A DNA stretch of 62,170 nt, the filler included. It is 3 parts of 3 records of this genome, joined end to end, with 100 filler letters (N's around TTAATTAATTAA, not from the genome) between each part and the next. Parts side by side here need not be neighbours in the genome. Positions count along the whole stretch, not along the records: positions 1 to 27,520 come from SRR31156797_1852; 2 more parts are not named here. One strand, given 5' to 3'. The translations under genes and the position numbers were made by a program. A model generated the notes under the pieces. That model was not told where the DNA came from. It worked only from the letters and a program-made list of their open reading frames with translations, and made no database searches. Shown here piece after piece: positions 1 through 9,054 of the stretch (positions are counted from its first letter, which is position 1; every line of letters begins with the position of its first letter).

Positions 1-42
1 CATGTTATTAATAACATGTCCTCTTTTTTTATTTAAAATGAT

Positions 43-1119
43 TTAATATTGAAGGATTTCTGTTTCATTACGAACAATCATACTACCATAATGGCTAAGT
101 GCTCCTAAAACTTCCGCTCCTGGATAAACCGTAACAGGTGCTATTTTCTCAACTCTGATTCGAATTTCCCTAACAAACTTTTCGTCCTTGGCCATTCCTC
201 CGGTAATAATTATTGCATCTACTGTTTCGTTGCCAAAAACGGGATACATTCCTCCAATGGATCTTGCAACCTGATAAGCCATTGCTGAAAGCACATCTGT
301 AGCCTTCTGATCACCAGCATCTCTCATTTTACAAACATCATACCCGCTATGTGTATTAAAGTAGGCATATAAGCCTCCTTCTCCTGTTTGCATTTTCATC
401 ATTTCTTCCTTTGAGTATTTTCCCGAAAAGCACATCTGAATCATTTCCCCCATTGGTAAACTACCACTTCTAATAGGTGAAAAAGGTCCATCACCATCAT
501 AAGCTTGATTAGAATCAACTACTTTCCCTTTCTGATGTGCACCAATGCTAATACCACCACCCAAATGAGCAACAATCAAATTCAATTCTTCATATTTCTT
601 ATAAATGCTCCTAGCATATTTTCTTGCGCTTATCTTTTGATCCAATGCATGAAAAATTGATTTCTTTTTTAGCTCAGGTCGTCCCGTTATTCTAGCAATT
701 TCTTCCAATTCATCTACAACTACCGGATCAGCAATATATGCTTCAGCACCTTCAATTTGAGCTGCAATTTTATTTGCCAATAAACCTCCAAGGTTTACAA
801 CATCATTCCCAAATTCACAATCGGAAAGATCAGTAACCATGGATTCATTCACTTTGTAAACACCTGATTTAACCGGCTTCAACAATCCTCCACGACCAAT
901 AACAACCTTTACATCTTCAAGCTTGATATCGTTGGATTTCAATTCATCCAAAATAATATTTGCCCGCCATTCGTCTTGCTCACAAAAGCATTTGAAACCC
1001 TCTAATTCTTCTGGTTTGTGATTAATTTTCTTCAAAAAAACTGTTGTATTCATCCTGTAAACAGCAATTCGGGTAAATTGCATGCGTGGATTCAAGGCTA
1101 GTATCAATTCTCTACTCAT
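43..1119 (-). CDS. buk: Butyrate/branched-chain carboxylate kinase family protein (degenerate catalytic motifs)
   Basis: GRGGLLKP, DPVVVDE, FHALDQK, AHLGGGISIGAH, GPFSPIRSG and TGGMA motifs of Buk. The N-terminal NPGSTSTK loop reads NPRMQFTR. Confidence 0.85.
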   Translation of the reverse strand: MSRELILALNPRMQFTRIAVYRMNTTVFLKKINHKPEELEGFKCFCEQDEWRANIILDELKSNDIKLEDVKVVIGRGGLLKPVKSGVYKVNESMVTDLSDCEFGNDVVNLGGLLANKIAAQIEGAEAYIADPVVVDELEEIARITGRPELKKKSIFHALDQKISARKYARSIYKKYEELNLIVAHLGGGISIGAHQKGKVVDSNQAYDGDGPFSPIRSGSLPMGEMIQMCFSGKYSKEEMMKMQTGEGGLYAYFNTHSGYDVCKMRDAGDQKATDVLSAMAYQVARSIGGMYPVFGNETVDAIIITGGMAKDEKFVREIRIRVEKIAPVTVYPGAEVLGALSHYGSMIVRNETEILQY

Positions 1120-1173
1120 AGTGCAAGTATTTTGGGTTAAACTATTGTCATTTGCTTTCTATCTAATTTTAAT

Positions 1174-2322
1174 TTATTCGTTCAGCAGATATCTCGATAT
1201 CACCAATCGTTGAATTTCGGAGGTTCCTTCACCTATTTGTAACAATCGCTGATCTCTGTAAAAACGTTCTACCGGATATTCCTTCATCAAACCATAACCT
1301 CCATGAATTTGAACCGCTTCATCGGCAACCTCTTTGGCTATTTCAGAACAATACAGCTTCGACATGGCAGCCTCTTTAGCAAATGGTTTCCCATTATCTT
1401 TCAACCAACAAGCTTTGTATAATAGATTTCGAGCCAATTCAATTTTTGTAGCCATATCAGCTAACTTAAATGAAATGGATTGAAACTTAGCAATTGGCTT
1501 ACCAAACTGCTTTCTTTCTTTAGAATATTGAAGAGCCATTTCAAAAGCGCCTTGTGCCAATCCTAGTCCCATGGCAGCGATAGATAAACGACCAGAATCT
1601 AATGTCTTTAGCATTATTTTTGATCCCATTCCTCTCTCTCCCAATAAACTTCCTTTAGGAATACAACAAGTATCAAAAAACATTTCAGCAGTATCCGAAG
1701 CTCGCCACATTAATTTTCCATGCATGGCTTTCGACGACCAACCTGGTGTTCCTTTTTCAACAATAAAAGTGGAAAATTCCTTTTCATCGCCATTTATTGC
1801 TGTTACAGCTTGTACCGTAACGCCTGAACACATTTCACTCGAACCATTGGTTATAAAAATTTTTGATCCATTTATTTCCCAGTCACTACCAATATCTTTT
1901 GCAAAAGTTTTTGATCCCCGGGAATCGGAACCTGCATCAGGTTCGGTTAAACCAAATGCCCATAACTCTTCTCCGGTACATAAGCCAGGCAAATATTTCA
2001 TTTTTTGCTCTTCCGTGCCAAATACATACAAAGGACCAACTCCAAGTGAATTGTGAGCGGCTAATGTAGCTGCATGAGATCCATCAACACGTGCCATTTC
2101 TTCAACAGCTATTATATAAGACAGGTAATCTGTTCCTTGTCCGCCATATTTTTCAGGAATAAACATCCCAAACAAACCCATCTCACCCATTTTTCGAGTT
2201 AACTCAATCGAAAATTCTTCTTTCTCATCGAGCTCGTGCGCCAAAGGTTTAATCTCCCGTTCGGCAAAATCGCGAACAGCTTTTCTTATGATATCATGTT
2301 CTTCGTTTAAATCGAAATTCAT
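1174..2322 (-). CDS. Acyl-CoA dehydrogenase (short/branched chain; isovaleryl-CoA DH candidate)
   Basis: FGLTEPDAGSD, GSKIFITNG, QIHGGYG, IGEGTSEIQR. Confidence 0.93.
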   Translation of the reverse strand: MNFDLNEEHDIIRKAVRDFAEREIKPLAHELDEKEEFSIELTRKMGEMGLFGMFIPEKYGGQGTDYLSYIIAVEEMARVDGSHAATLAAHNSLGVGPLYVFGTEEQKMKYLPGLCTGEELWAFGLTEPDAGSDSRGSKTFAKDIGSDWEINGSKIFITNGSSEMCSGVTVQAVTAINGDEKEFSTFIVEKGTPGWSSKAMHGKLMWRASDTAEMFFDTCCIPKGSLLGERGMGSKIMLKTLDSGRLSIAAMGLGLAQGAFEMALQYSKERKQFGKPIAKFQSISFKLADMATKIELARNLLYKACWLKDNGKPFAKEAAMSKLYCSEIAKEVADEAVQIHGGYGLMKEYPVERFYRDQRLLQIGEGTSEIQRLVISRYLLNE

Positions 2323-2440
2323 ATGATCTAATAATCTTTAATCTAGAAAAATTAAATATCCATTGTTAGATATTCAATTCACTCACTTTAAGTTAGCAAT
2401 AATCCTGAACTATCCCAATCATATTGGGCTATTCAAGACA

Positions 2441-4258
2441 TTATTTTTGCGACTGAACTTCCATTTTTGATGAAAGTAATTTTTCAGGTATCATGATTTC
2501 CTGGTTTAGAAGTGCCGAAGCAAATGTTTTCCCCTGTGCATCAATCATTAATGATTTTGTTCCTCCACCGTCAAGCGATTCTTCCAAAAGAAAGTTCAGC
2601 GCCATTAAATTGTCAATTTCAAATCTGGTAACCTTCCCTTTTGTCAATCCTCCAAACATTTCTTTTACCTTCTTAGCCGTCAAATCATGTTTCAGGTATT
2701 GATAAATTTCTTCTGATCGAGCCAACACTCCTACATTTACGGTATCACCTTTATCGCCAGAGCGTCCAAGACAAATATCCCGCAATGGAACAGTTACCAA
2801 ACGATCATCCTCCCATGAAGGATCTACGTTTTCAGTATGTTCAGTGATATCCATAAAGGTCAATTCTTCTTCATTACCTAAAACAGAGCCTATATCATGA
2901 CTTTCAGTCACCACACCTTTTTCATTTAAAACATGAACTGCAGAAGTTATGCAACCTTTAGGAATTAAAGTTGGCCAGTATGTGATTACTTGCTGCATTC
3001 TTGCTCTCCCACCAGTTACCGCAACACCTGGAGGTCCACTTAAAATTAAAGGAGCAATACTCATTGAGAAATTCTTAATCTTACTTGCATCTGTATCGTA
3101 AACCGATAGGCGCAATAAAATCTCATTAGGATCAATATCTTCAGCCAAATGCTGATGACAAGCATTGTAACCAACAAATTCAGTATTCTTTTTAAGATAA
3201 TGTATATTCAAACGCTCCCAGAAAATCTGCTCGAATTCCTGTGCCTTATTCAATACACGTCCGCCACTAATTACAATAGAGCTGGTAGCTTTGTATCCAT
3301 CCTCGAATGCCATCGATACTTTTAAGTAAGGTGTGGAAGGATATCCTTTAGCACCACTTACCAATACCGTATTGGTATCCAGTTCTTCCAGTTTTAAATG
3401 TGTAAAATCCGCCACCACATCAGGACTAATATACTGATCAGGATTTCCCATTTCGTAAACCAACTGTTCACGAATAGTATCCACACTTATCAATCCTCCT
3501 GTATCTTCATGCTTATATACTGTAAATGAACCAGATTGATCCATTTCAACTATTGGGTAGCCCATATTATCCCATCGAGGCACTTTTTGCCAATCGGTAA
3601 AATTGCCACCGGTCGATTGCGCTCCACATTCTATAATATGACCTGCCACTAATCCTGCTGCCAGCTTATCCCAATCGTTCAATTTCCAGCCCAATTCATG
3701 TATCATTGGCGCCATAGTTACCGAAGTATCGGTAACTCGACCAGCCAGGATTAAATCTGCACCACTTTCCAAAGCCTTTAGCAATGGCGGCACACCTAAA
3801 TACACATTTGCACTTTGGATATTATCGATAATGGTATCGAAATCCTCAGCCGAATCCATATTTTTAAAATTGGCTTTATCAGGATAAAATTCTCCTATCC
3901 GTTCTACAATATTATCACCATCAACAACAGCAATTTTAAGCGATACACCTTTTTTCTCCAATTCCGATAAAATCTTCCGCGCACATCCAATAGGATTAAT
4001 CCCACCAGCATTGGTAATCATGCGCACACCTTTTGATTTCATCAAATCAGCCACATCCACAATCTGATCCACAAAATCAGTCACATAGCCCAAAGCCTCA
4101 TTCTTCAACTGCTGTTTTCGAAGAATACTCATGGTAACTTCAGCTAAAAAATCGGATGAGATGTAATCTACTTCTCCACCTTCCAACTGTCGGCGAAGTA
4201 CTCCCAGGTCATCCCCCCAGAAACCTCCGGCATTTGCAATTCTGATTTTGGTCTTCAT
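2441..4258 (-). CDS. AtuA-family (acyclic terpene utilization, DUF1446) protein with C-terminal AtuA-like domain
   Basis: IRIANAGGFWGD, DFLAEVTM, GHIIECGAQSTGGNF, C-terminal GRSGDKGD and SLMIDAQGK. Confidence 0.88.
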   Translation of the reverse strand: MKTKIRIANAGGFWGDDLGVLRRQLEGGEVDYISSDFLAEVTMSILRKQQLKNEALGYVTDFVDQIVDVADLMKSKGVRMITNAGGINPIGCARKILSELEKKGVSLKIAVVDGDNIVERIGEFYPDKANFKNMDSAEDFDTIIDNIQSANVYLGVPPLLKALESGADLILAGRVTDTSVTMAPMIHELGWKLNDWDKLAAGLVAGHIIECGAQSTGGNFTDWQKVPRWDNMGYPIVEMDQSGSFTVYKHEDTGGLISVDTIREQLVYEMGNPDQYISPDVVADFTHLKLEELDTNTVLVSGAKGYPSTPYLKVSMAFEDGYKATSSIVISGGRVLNKAQEFEQIFWERLNIHYLKKNTEFVGYNACHQHLAEDIDPNEILLRLSVYDTDASKIKNFSMSIAPLILSGPPGVAVTGGRARMQQVITYWPTLIPKGCITSAVHVLNEKGVVTESHDIGSVLGNEEELTFMDITEHTENVDPSWEDDRLVTVPLRDICLGRSGDKGDTVNVGVLARSEEIYQYLKHDLTAKKVKEMFGGLTKGKVTRFEIDNLMALNFLLEESLDGGGTKSLMIDAQGKTFASALLNQEIMIPEKLLSSKMEVQSQK

Positions 4259-4389
4259 CTGTTGTGTTTTAATATTTAGTATTCCATCTATTTCTCTGTA
4301 TTTTCCTACCTGCAGGTTGCAGCAAACATCCTAAAGTGCTTATAATCCTTCGTGCAAACTGCATGAGATTTCTGTATAAACCTTTATAA

Positions 4390-6369
4390 TTATTCTACAG
4401 CTTCAAGCTTTAACAATTCTGTTTCGTTCTTCACCTGTTCACCCTCTTCTACAAACACCTGTTCAATTTTTGCTTCGAAAGGTGCTAATATGCTATTTTC
4501 CATCTTCATGGCTTCCACAATAATCAGGACATCGCCTTTAGCAACTAATTGTCCTGTTTTCGCTTCAATTTTCACCACCTTTCCAGGCATTGGAGAAATA
4601 ATTCTTCCATCACTTTGATCTGTATTTGATCCTCCATCGCTTACCTGAGCCTGAATTTCTGACCATCGTTCCAATTCACGAACAATTCCTCTACAACTCA
4701 CAAAGCTCTTACCATCAGAATTTTTAGAACGATAAAAACGGTAACGTACCCCTTCATATTCAAAAGTCATTTCATTCTCATTAAACTGAAGACTATCAAT
4801 AAGGTATTCATTCTCATCTATTCTGATTCTATAAGGATTCTCTTCTAGTATTTCCACATCAACGGTGCTACCATCTGTCACTCTTAGTCGGGTACCATTT
4901 TGACGCCAATAACCTATCTCCTCCCATACTGAATTTGCTTCCTGTCTGTTCAATTCAAACAAAGCAAAGCTGATATGAAACAAAAATGCTGGAACATCCT
5001 CCTTCTCTTTCAGCATAATTTTATTCAATTCTTCGGCATGATGTTGGCAAAAATGAGTTGAAATTTGATTCTGTTGATACGCATCAGTATTCAACAGAGT
5101 ATGCAAATACATAATGTTATTTTTGATACCATGTATTTGATAATCGTGCAATGCCAAATGCAATCTTTCAATTGCCAAATCACGATTCTCATCCCAAACT
5201 ACCAATTTGGCAATCATTGGATCATAATCGGGGTAAATAGTGCATGGACCCGTAATAGCAGAATCCAAACGCAATCGTCTATCAAATAATTTTGGAGGAT
5301 TGTAAAAACTGATCTCTCCTGGAGATGGAATAAAATCCTTCTCAGGATCTTCTGCATAAATTCTTGCCTCAATGGCATGTCCATTTATAGCTACATCCTC
5401 TTGTTTCAATTGCATTGTTCTGCCCGAAGCAACGAGCAATTGCTGCTCTACCAAGTCAATACCCGTAATCATTTCCGTTACCGGGTGTTCTACCTGAATA
5501 CGGGTATTCATCTCCAAAAAGTAGAAATTCAAATCCTCATCAACCAAAAACTCAACCGTTCCGGCATTGCTGTAATTCATTTCTTTTGCCAGAAGAACCG
5601 CTGTTTCACCCATTTTTGTCCTCAATTCGGGTATTAATGTTGGTGATGGCGCTTCCTCAATCACTTTCTGGAACCTTCTCTGTATTGAGCACTCCCTTTC
5701 AAACAGATGAATTACATTTCCATGCTGATCTGCCAACACCTGTACCTCGATATGTCGGGGATTTTCTATATATCTTTCTATCAGAACCGAACCATCGCCA
5801 AAATAGCTGGCTGCCTCACGCGAGGTAGATTCCAATGCTGCCTCTAACTCTTCTTTCCTGTGAACAATTCTCATCCCTTTTCCGCCACCACCTGCAGCAG
5901 CTTTTATCAGTAAAGGGAATTCTATTTTCTTGCTCTCTTCAATCAGTTTAGCATGATCACCAATCACACCCTCTAATACAGGAACGCCGATTGATTTTGC
6001 AAATTCACGGGCATTCACTTTGTTACCCATCAATTCTATAGCCTTCGAATTAGGACCTACAAAATCAATATTTGAATCGGCACACAATTGCGAAAAGTCA
6101 GCATTCTCAGCCAAAAAACCATACCCAGGGTGAATAGCATCAGCCTTTGCCTTTGTGGCAATATCAACAATTTGTTGAGCATTTAGGTAGGTAGATTGCA
6201 AATCCATTCCCTTTAAAGGGTAAGCCTCATCTGCCTGCATTACATGCTGAGCTTCTCTATCCAATTCAGAATAGAGTGCAATGGTATGTATCCCTAAATC
6301 CTTAGCTGTACGCATGATTCTTAGGGCTATTTCACCGCGGTTTGCTATTAGTATTCTTTTGTAATACAT
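4390..6369 (-). CDS. Acyl-CoA carboxylase alpha subunit (biotin carboxylase + BCCP; methylcrotonyl-CoA carboxylase type)
   Basis: ANRGEIA, HPGYGFLAEN, GGGGKGMR, EMNTRIQVEHPVTE, biotinyl motif EAMKMEN. Confidence 0.93.
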   Translation of the reverse strand: MYYKRILIANRGEIALRIMRTAKDLGIHTIALYSELDREAQHVMQADEAYPLKGMDLQSTYLNAQQIVDIATKAKADAIHPGYGFLAENADFSQLCADSNIDFVGPNSKAIELMGNKVNAREFAKSIGVPVLEGVIGDHAKLIEESKKIEFPLLIKAAAGGGGKGMRIVHRKEELEAALESTSREAASYFGDGSVLIERYIENPRHIEVQVLADQHGNVIHLFERECSIQRRFQKVIEEAPSPTLIPELRTKMGETAVLLAKEMNYSNAGTVEFLVDEDLNFYFLEMNTRIQVEHPVTEMITGIDLVEQQLLVASGRTMQLKQEDVAINGHAIEARIYAEDPEKDFIPSPGEISFYNPPKLFDRRLRLDSAITGPCTIYPDYDPMIAKLVVWDENRDLAIERLHLALHDYQIHGIKNNIMYLHTLLNTDAYQQNQISTHFCQHHAEELNKIMLKEKEDVPAFLFHISFALFELNRQEANSVWEEIGYWRQNGTRLRVTDGSTVDVEILEENPYRIRIDENEYLIDSLQFNENEMTFEYEGVRYRFYRSKNSDGKSFVSCRGIVRELERWSEIQAQVSDGGSNTDQSDGRIISPMPGKVVKIEAKTGQLVAKGDVLIIVEAMKMENSILAPFEAKIEQVFVEEGEQVKNETELLKLEAVE

Positions 6370-6554
6370 TTTTAATTAATTAGTAATTATCAAATGAATA
6401 ATTATTAATTGCATAGTACGATCGATTCATCATGAACTTCTTACTATCATTTTAATATTAAACTCCTTTAGAATTCTAAATTCTATTTTTAAGAAACACT
6501 AAAAGTTTAATTAATCTAAGTTTATTTCAGATCTCAATTATTAATTACTCATTG

Positions 6555-7355
6555 TTAATTATTTTCTATCCAATTTGGTTTGCGCTTTTCTAAAAATGAA
6601 CTCATGCCTTCCTGTCCTTCATTCGATTGACGCAAATCAGCAATCATTTTAGCCGTGTTCTCCATTGCTTCTTCATGCGTCCATTCATTTTCTACATCAT
6701 AAATCAAACGCTTACAAGTTGATACCGCAACAGGACCACTAGTCTTTAATTTCGAGATTAAATCAGTCAGCTTGGCTTTCAATTTCTTATCTCCATGCGA
6801 CCAATTTGCCAAGCCAGCTTGTTGAGCTTCTTTTCCATTAAATCGCATTCCGGTTAGCATCAATTCTTTTGATTTGTACTCTCCAACCCGCTTCATCACG
6901 TAAGGAGAAATACAGGCAGGAACAATGCCTATTTTTACTTCACTTAGCGAAAAAATGGTATTCTTATGAGCCAATACAAAATCACAAGCTGCTAACAATC
7001 CATTTGCACCGCCAATAGCAGCTCCATGCACCATGGCAATGGTTGGAAATTTGCATGAATACACAGCATTAAAACACATCGATAGCTTATAACTTTCCAA
7101 ATAATTTTCCTGATAAGAGTATTCAGCAACCCCTTTCATCCAGTTTAAATCTGCTCCAGCACAAAACGATTTACCTTTTCCTTGCAAAATCACAACACGT
7201 AAATTGTTATAATCCTGCTTTTCGATCTCCCCGAAGCAATCAATGATCTCTGCAATCATGGTTTCGTTGAATGCATTGTGAATATCAGGACGATTTAATG
7301 TGATCGTTCCAATTTTATTATCGATATTGAATTCTATGGTATTGTATGTTTTCAT
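6555..7355 (-). CDS. Enoyl-CoA hydratase, methylglutaconyl-CoA hydratase (LiuC-like)
   Basis: LNRPDIHNAF, FCAGADLNWM, LSEVKIGIVPACISPYV, EGQEGMSSFLEKRKP; lies between the carboxylase subunits. Confidence 0.85.
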   Translation of the reverse strand: MKTYNTIEFNIDNKIGTITLNRPDIHNAFNETMIAEIIDCFGEIEKQDYNNLRVVILQGKGKSFCAGADLNWMKGVAEYSYQENYLESYKLSMCFNAVYSCKFPTIAMVHGAAIGGANGLLAACDFVLAHKNTIFSLSEVKIGIVPACISPYVMKRVGEYKSKELMLTGMRFNGKEAQQAGLANWSHGDKKLKAKLTDLISKLKTSGPVAVSTCKRLIYDVENEWTHEEAMENTAKMIADLRQSNEGQEGMSSFLEKRKPNWIENN

Positions 7356-7397
7356 CTATTTCATATTATTCCCTGACATAAATATCAAGGCTATTTA

Positions 7398-9005
7398 TTA
7401 CATTCTAAACACTCCAAAATCTGGTTCTCCAAACTCTTTGTTTAAAGATGATGCAATTCCCATTGCAAGTACCTTTCGTGTATCGGCAGGATCAATAATA
7501 CCATCATCCCACAATCGAGATGTGCTATAATAAGCTGAACCTTCTTCCTCGTATTTCTTAAGAATTTTTTCCCGCAGTTTGATTTTCTCTTCAGGATCGA
7601 ATTCCTGACCTCTTTTTTTCAACTGTTGCTCTTTTACCTGAACCAATACACCTGCAGCCTGTTCTCCTCCCATAACCGATATCTTTGCATTTGGCCACAT
7701 AAACAACAACCTTGGCTCGTAGGCTCTTCCAGCCATGGCGTAATTTCCTGCTCCAAAAGATCCACCAACAATAACTGTAAACTTAGGAACCTGAGCATTT
7801 GCAACTGCATGAACCATTTTGGCTCCATCACGTGCAATACCTTTGTGTTCATATTCCTTCCCAACCATAAAACCAGTAATATTTTGAAGAAATATCAAAG
7901 GAATTTTACGGAAACTACACAATTCAATAAAGTGAGCCGCCTTTAATGATGTCTCTGAAAAAATGATTCCATTATTGGCAATAATCCCTACTGGAAAACC
8001 CATGATTTTTGCAAAACCCGTAACAATAGTTGGAGCGTAACGCTCTTTAAATTCTTGAAAAGAACTATCATCTACAATTCGAGCAATCAATTCTCTTGCA
8101 TCAATAGGCTTTTTTAAATCCAATGGTGCTAAACCGTAAAGCTCTTCGGCTGGATATTTAGGTTCCTTCACCTCTTCTCTTTCCAAAAGATATTTTTGAA
8201 CCTTTGGCATTGATTCGAAGATATCTCTGCAAATTTGAATGGCATGTCTATCATCTTCTGCCAAATGATCGGCAACCCCGGAAATGGAAGTATGAATATC
8301 AGCTCCTCCTAATTCTTCAGCTGTAACTTCCTCTCCTGTTGCTGCTTTTACCAATGGAGGTCCACCAATAAATATGGTTCCCTGACCTTTTACAATAATA
8401 GTCTCATCGCTCATGGCTGGAACATAAGCACCACCCGCAGTACAAGATCCCATAACAATAGATATCTGAGGAATTCCACGAGCGGACATCTTCGATTGAT
8501 TGAAAAAGAATCGTCCAAAATCGTATTTATCTGGAAATACCTTAGATTGCTCCGGAAGGAAAACTCCACCAGAATCTACCATATAAATACATGGCAAATG
8601 ATTTTGCATAGCAATTTCCTGTGCCCGAATGTGTTTTTTTATAGTCTCCTTAATGTAGGTTCCCCCCTTAACAGTAGCATCATTTGCCACAATCACACAT
8701 TCACGTCCATGTACAACACCAATTCCCGTGACAATTCCTGCCGACGGAAACTGATTTTCATACTGATCGAAAGCCGCCATTGCCGATAACTCCATAAATG
8801 GCGTATTCCTATCCAACAAGAGTTCAATACGATCTCTAACCAATAATTTCCCTCTTTTTAAATGTCTATCCCGAGCTTTTTCATCAACACCTTTCAGCAC
8901 CGAATTCAAACGCTCTCGATATTCTTTCATCAAGAGATTATAAGACTCTTTATTCTTTAAAAAGTCTTCAGATTTTGTGTTTATTTTTGATTTTAATTGT
9001 TTCAT
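7398..9005 (-). CDS. Methylcrotonyl-CoA carboxylase beta (carboxyltransferase) subunit
   Basis: ANDATVKGG, GSCTAGGAYVPAMSDE, GGSFGAGNY, LWDDGIIDPADTR, C-terminal FGVFRM. Confidence 0.93.
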   Translation of the reverse strand: MKQLKSKINTKSEDFLKNKESYNLLMKEYRERLNSVLKGVDEKARDRHLKRGKLLVRDRIELLLDRNTPFMELSAMAAFDQYENQFPSAGIVTGIGVVHGRECVIVANDATVKGGTYIKETIKKHIRAQEIAMQNHLPCIYMVDSGGVFLPEQSKVFPDKYDFGRFFFNQSKMSARGIPQISIVMGSCTAGGAYVPAMSDETIIVKGQGTIFIGGPPLVKAATGEEVTAEELGGADIHTSISGVADHLAEDDRHAIQICRDIFESMPKVQKYLLEREEVKEPKYPAEELYGLAPLDLKKPIDARELIARIVDDSSFQEFKERYAPTIVTGFAKIMGFPVGIIANNGIIFSETSLKAAHFIELCSFRKIPLIFLQNITGFMVGKEYEHKGIARDGAKMVHAVANAQVPKFTVIVGGSFGAGNYAMAGRAYEPRLLFMWPNAKISVMGGEQAAGVLVQVKEQQLKKRGQEFDPEEKIKLREKILKKYEEEGSAYYSTSRLWDDGIIDPADTRKVLAMGIASSLNKEFGEPDFGVFRM

Positions 9006-9019
9006 TTATATGATTTAGT

Positions 9020-9047
9020 GTAGTGACACAAGATCTTGTGTCACTAC
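9020..9047. repeat. GTAG-type REP-like perfect 28-bp palindrome
   Basis: GTAGTGACACAAGA|TCTTGTGTCACTAC; same architecture as the element at 13227-13254. Confidence 0.75.
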
Positions 9048-9054
9048 CATATAA

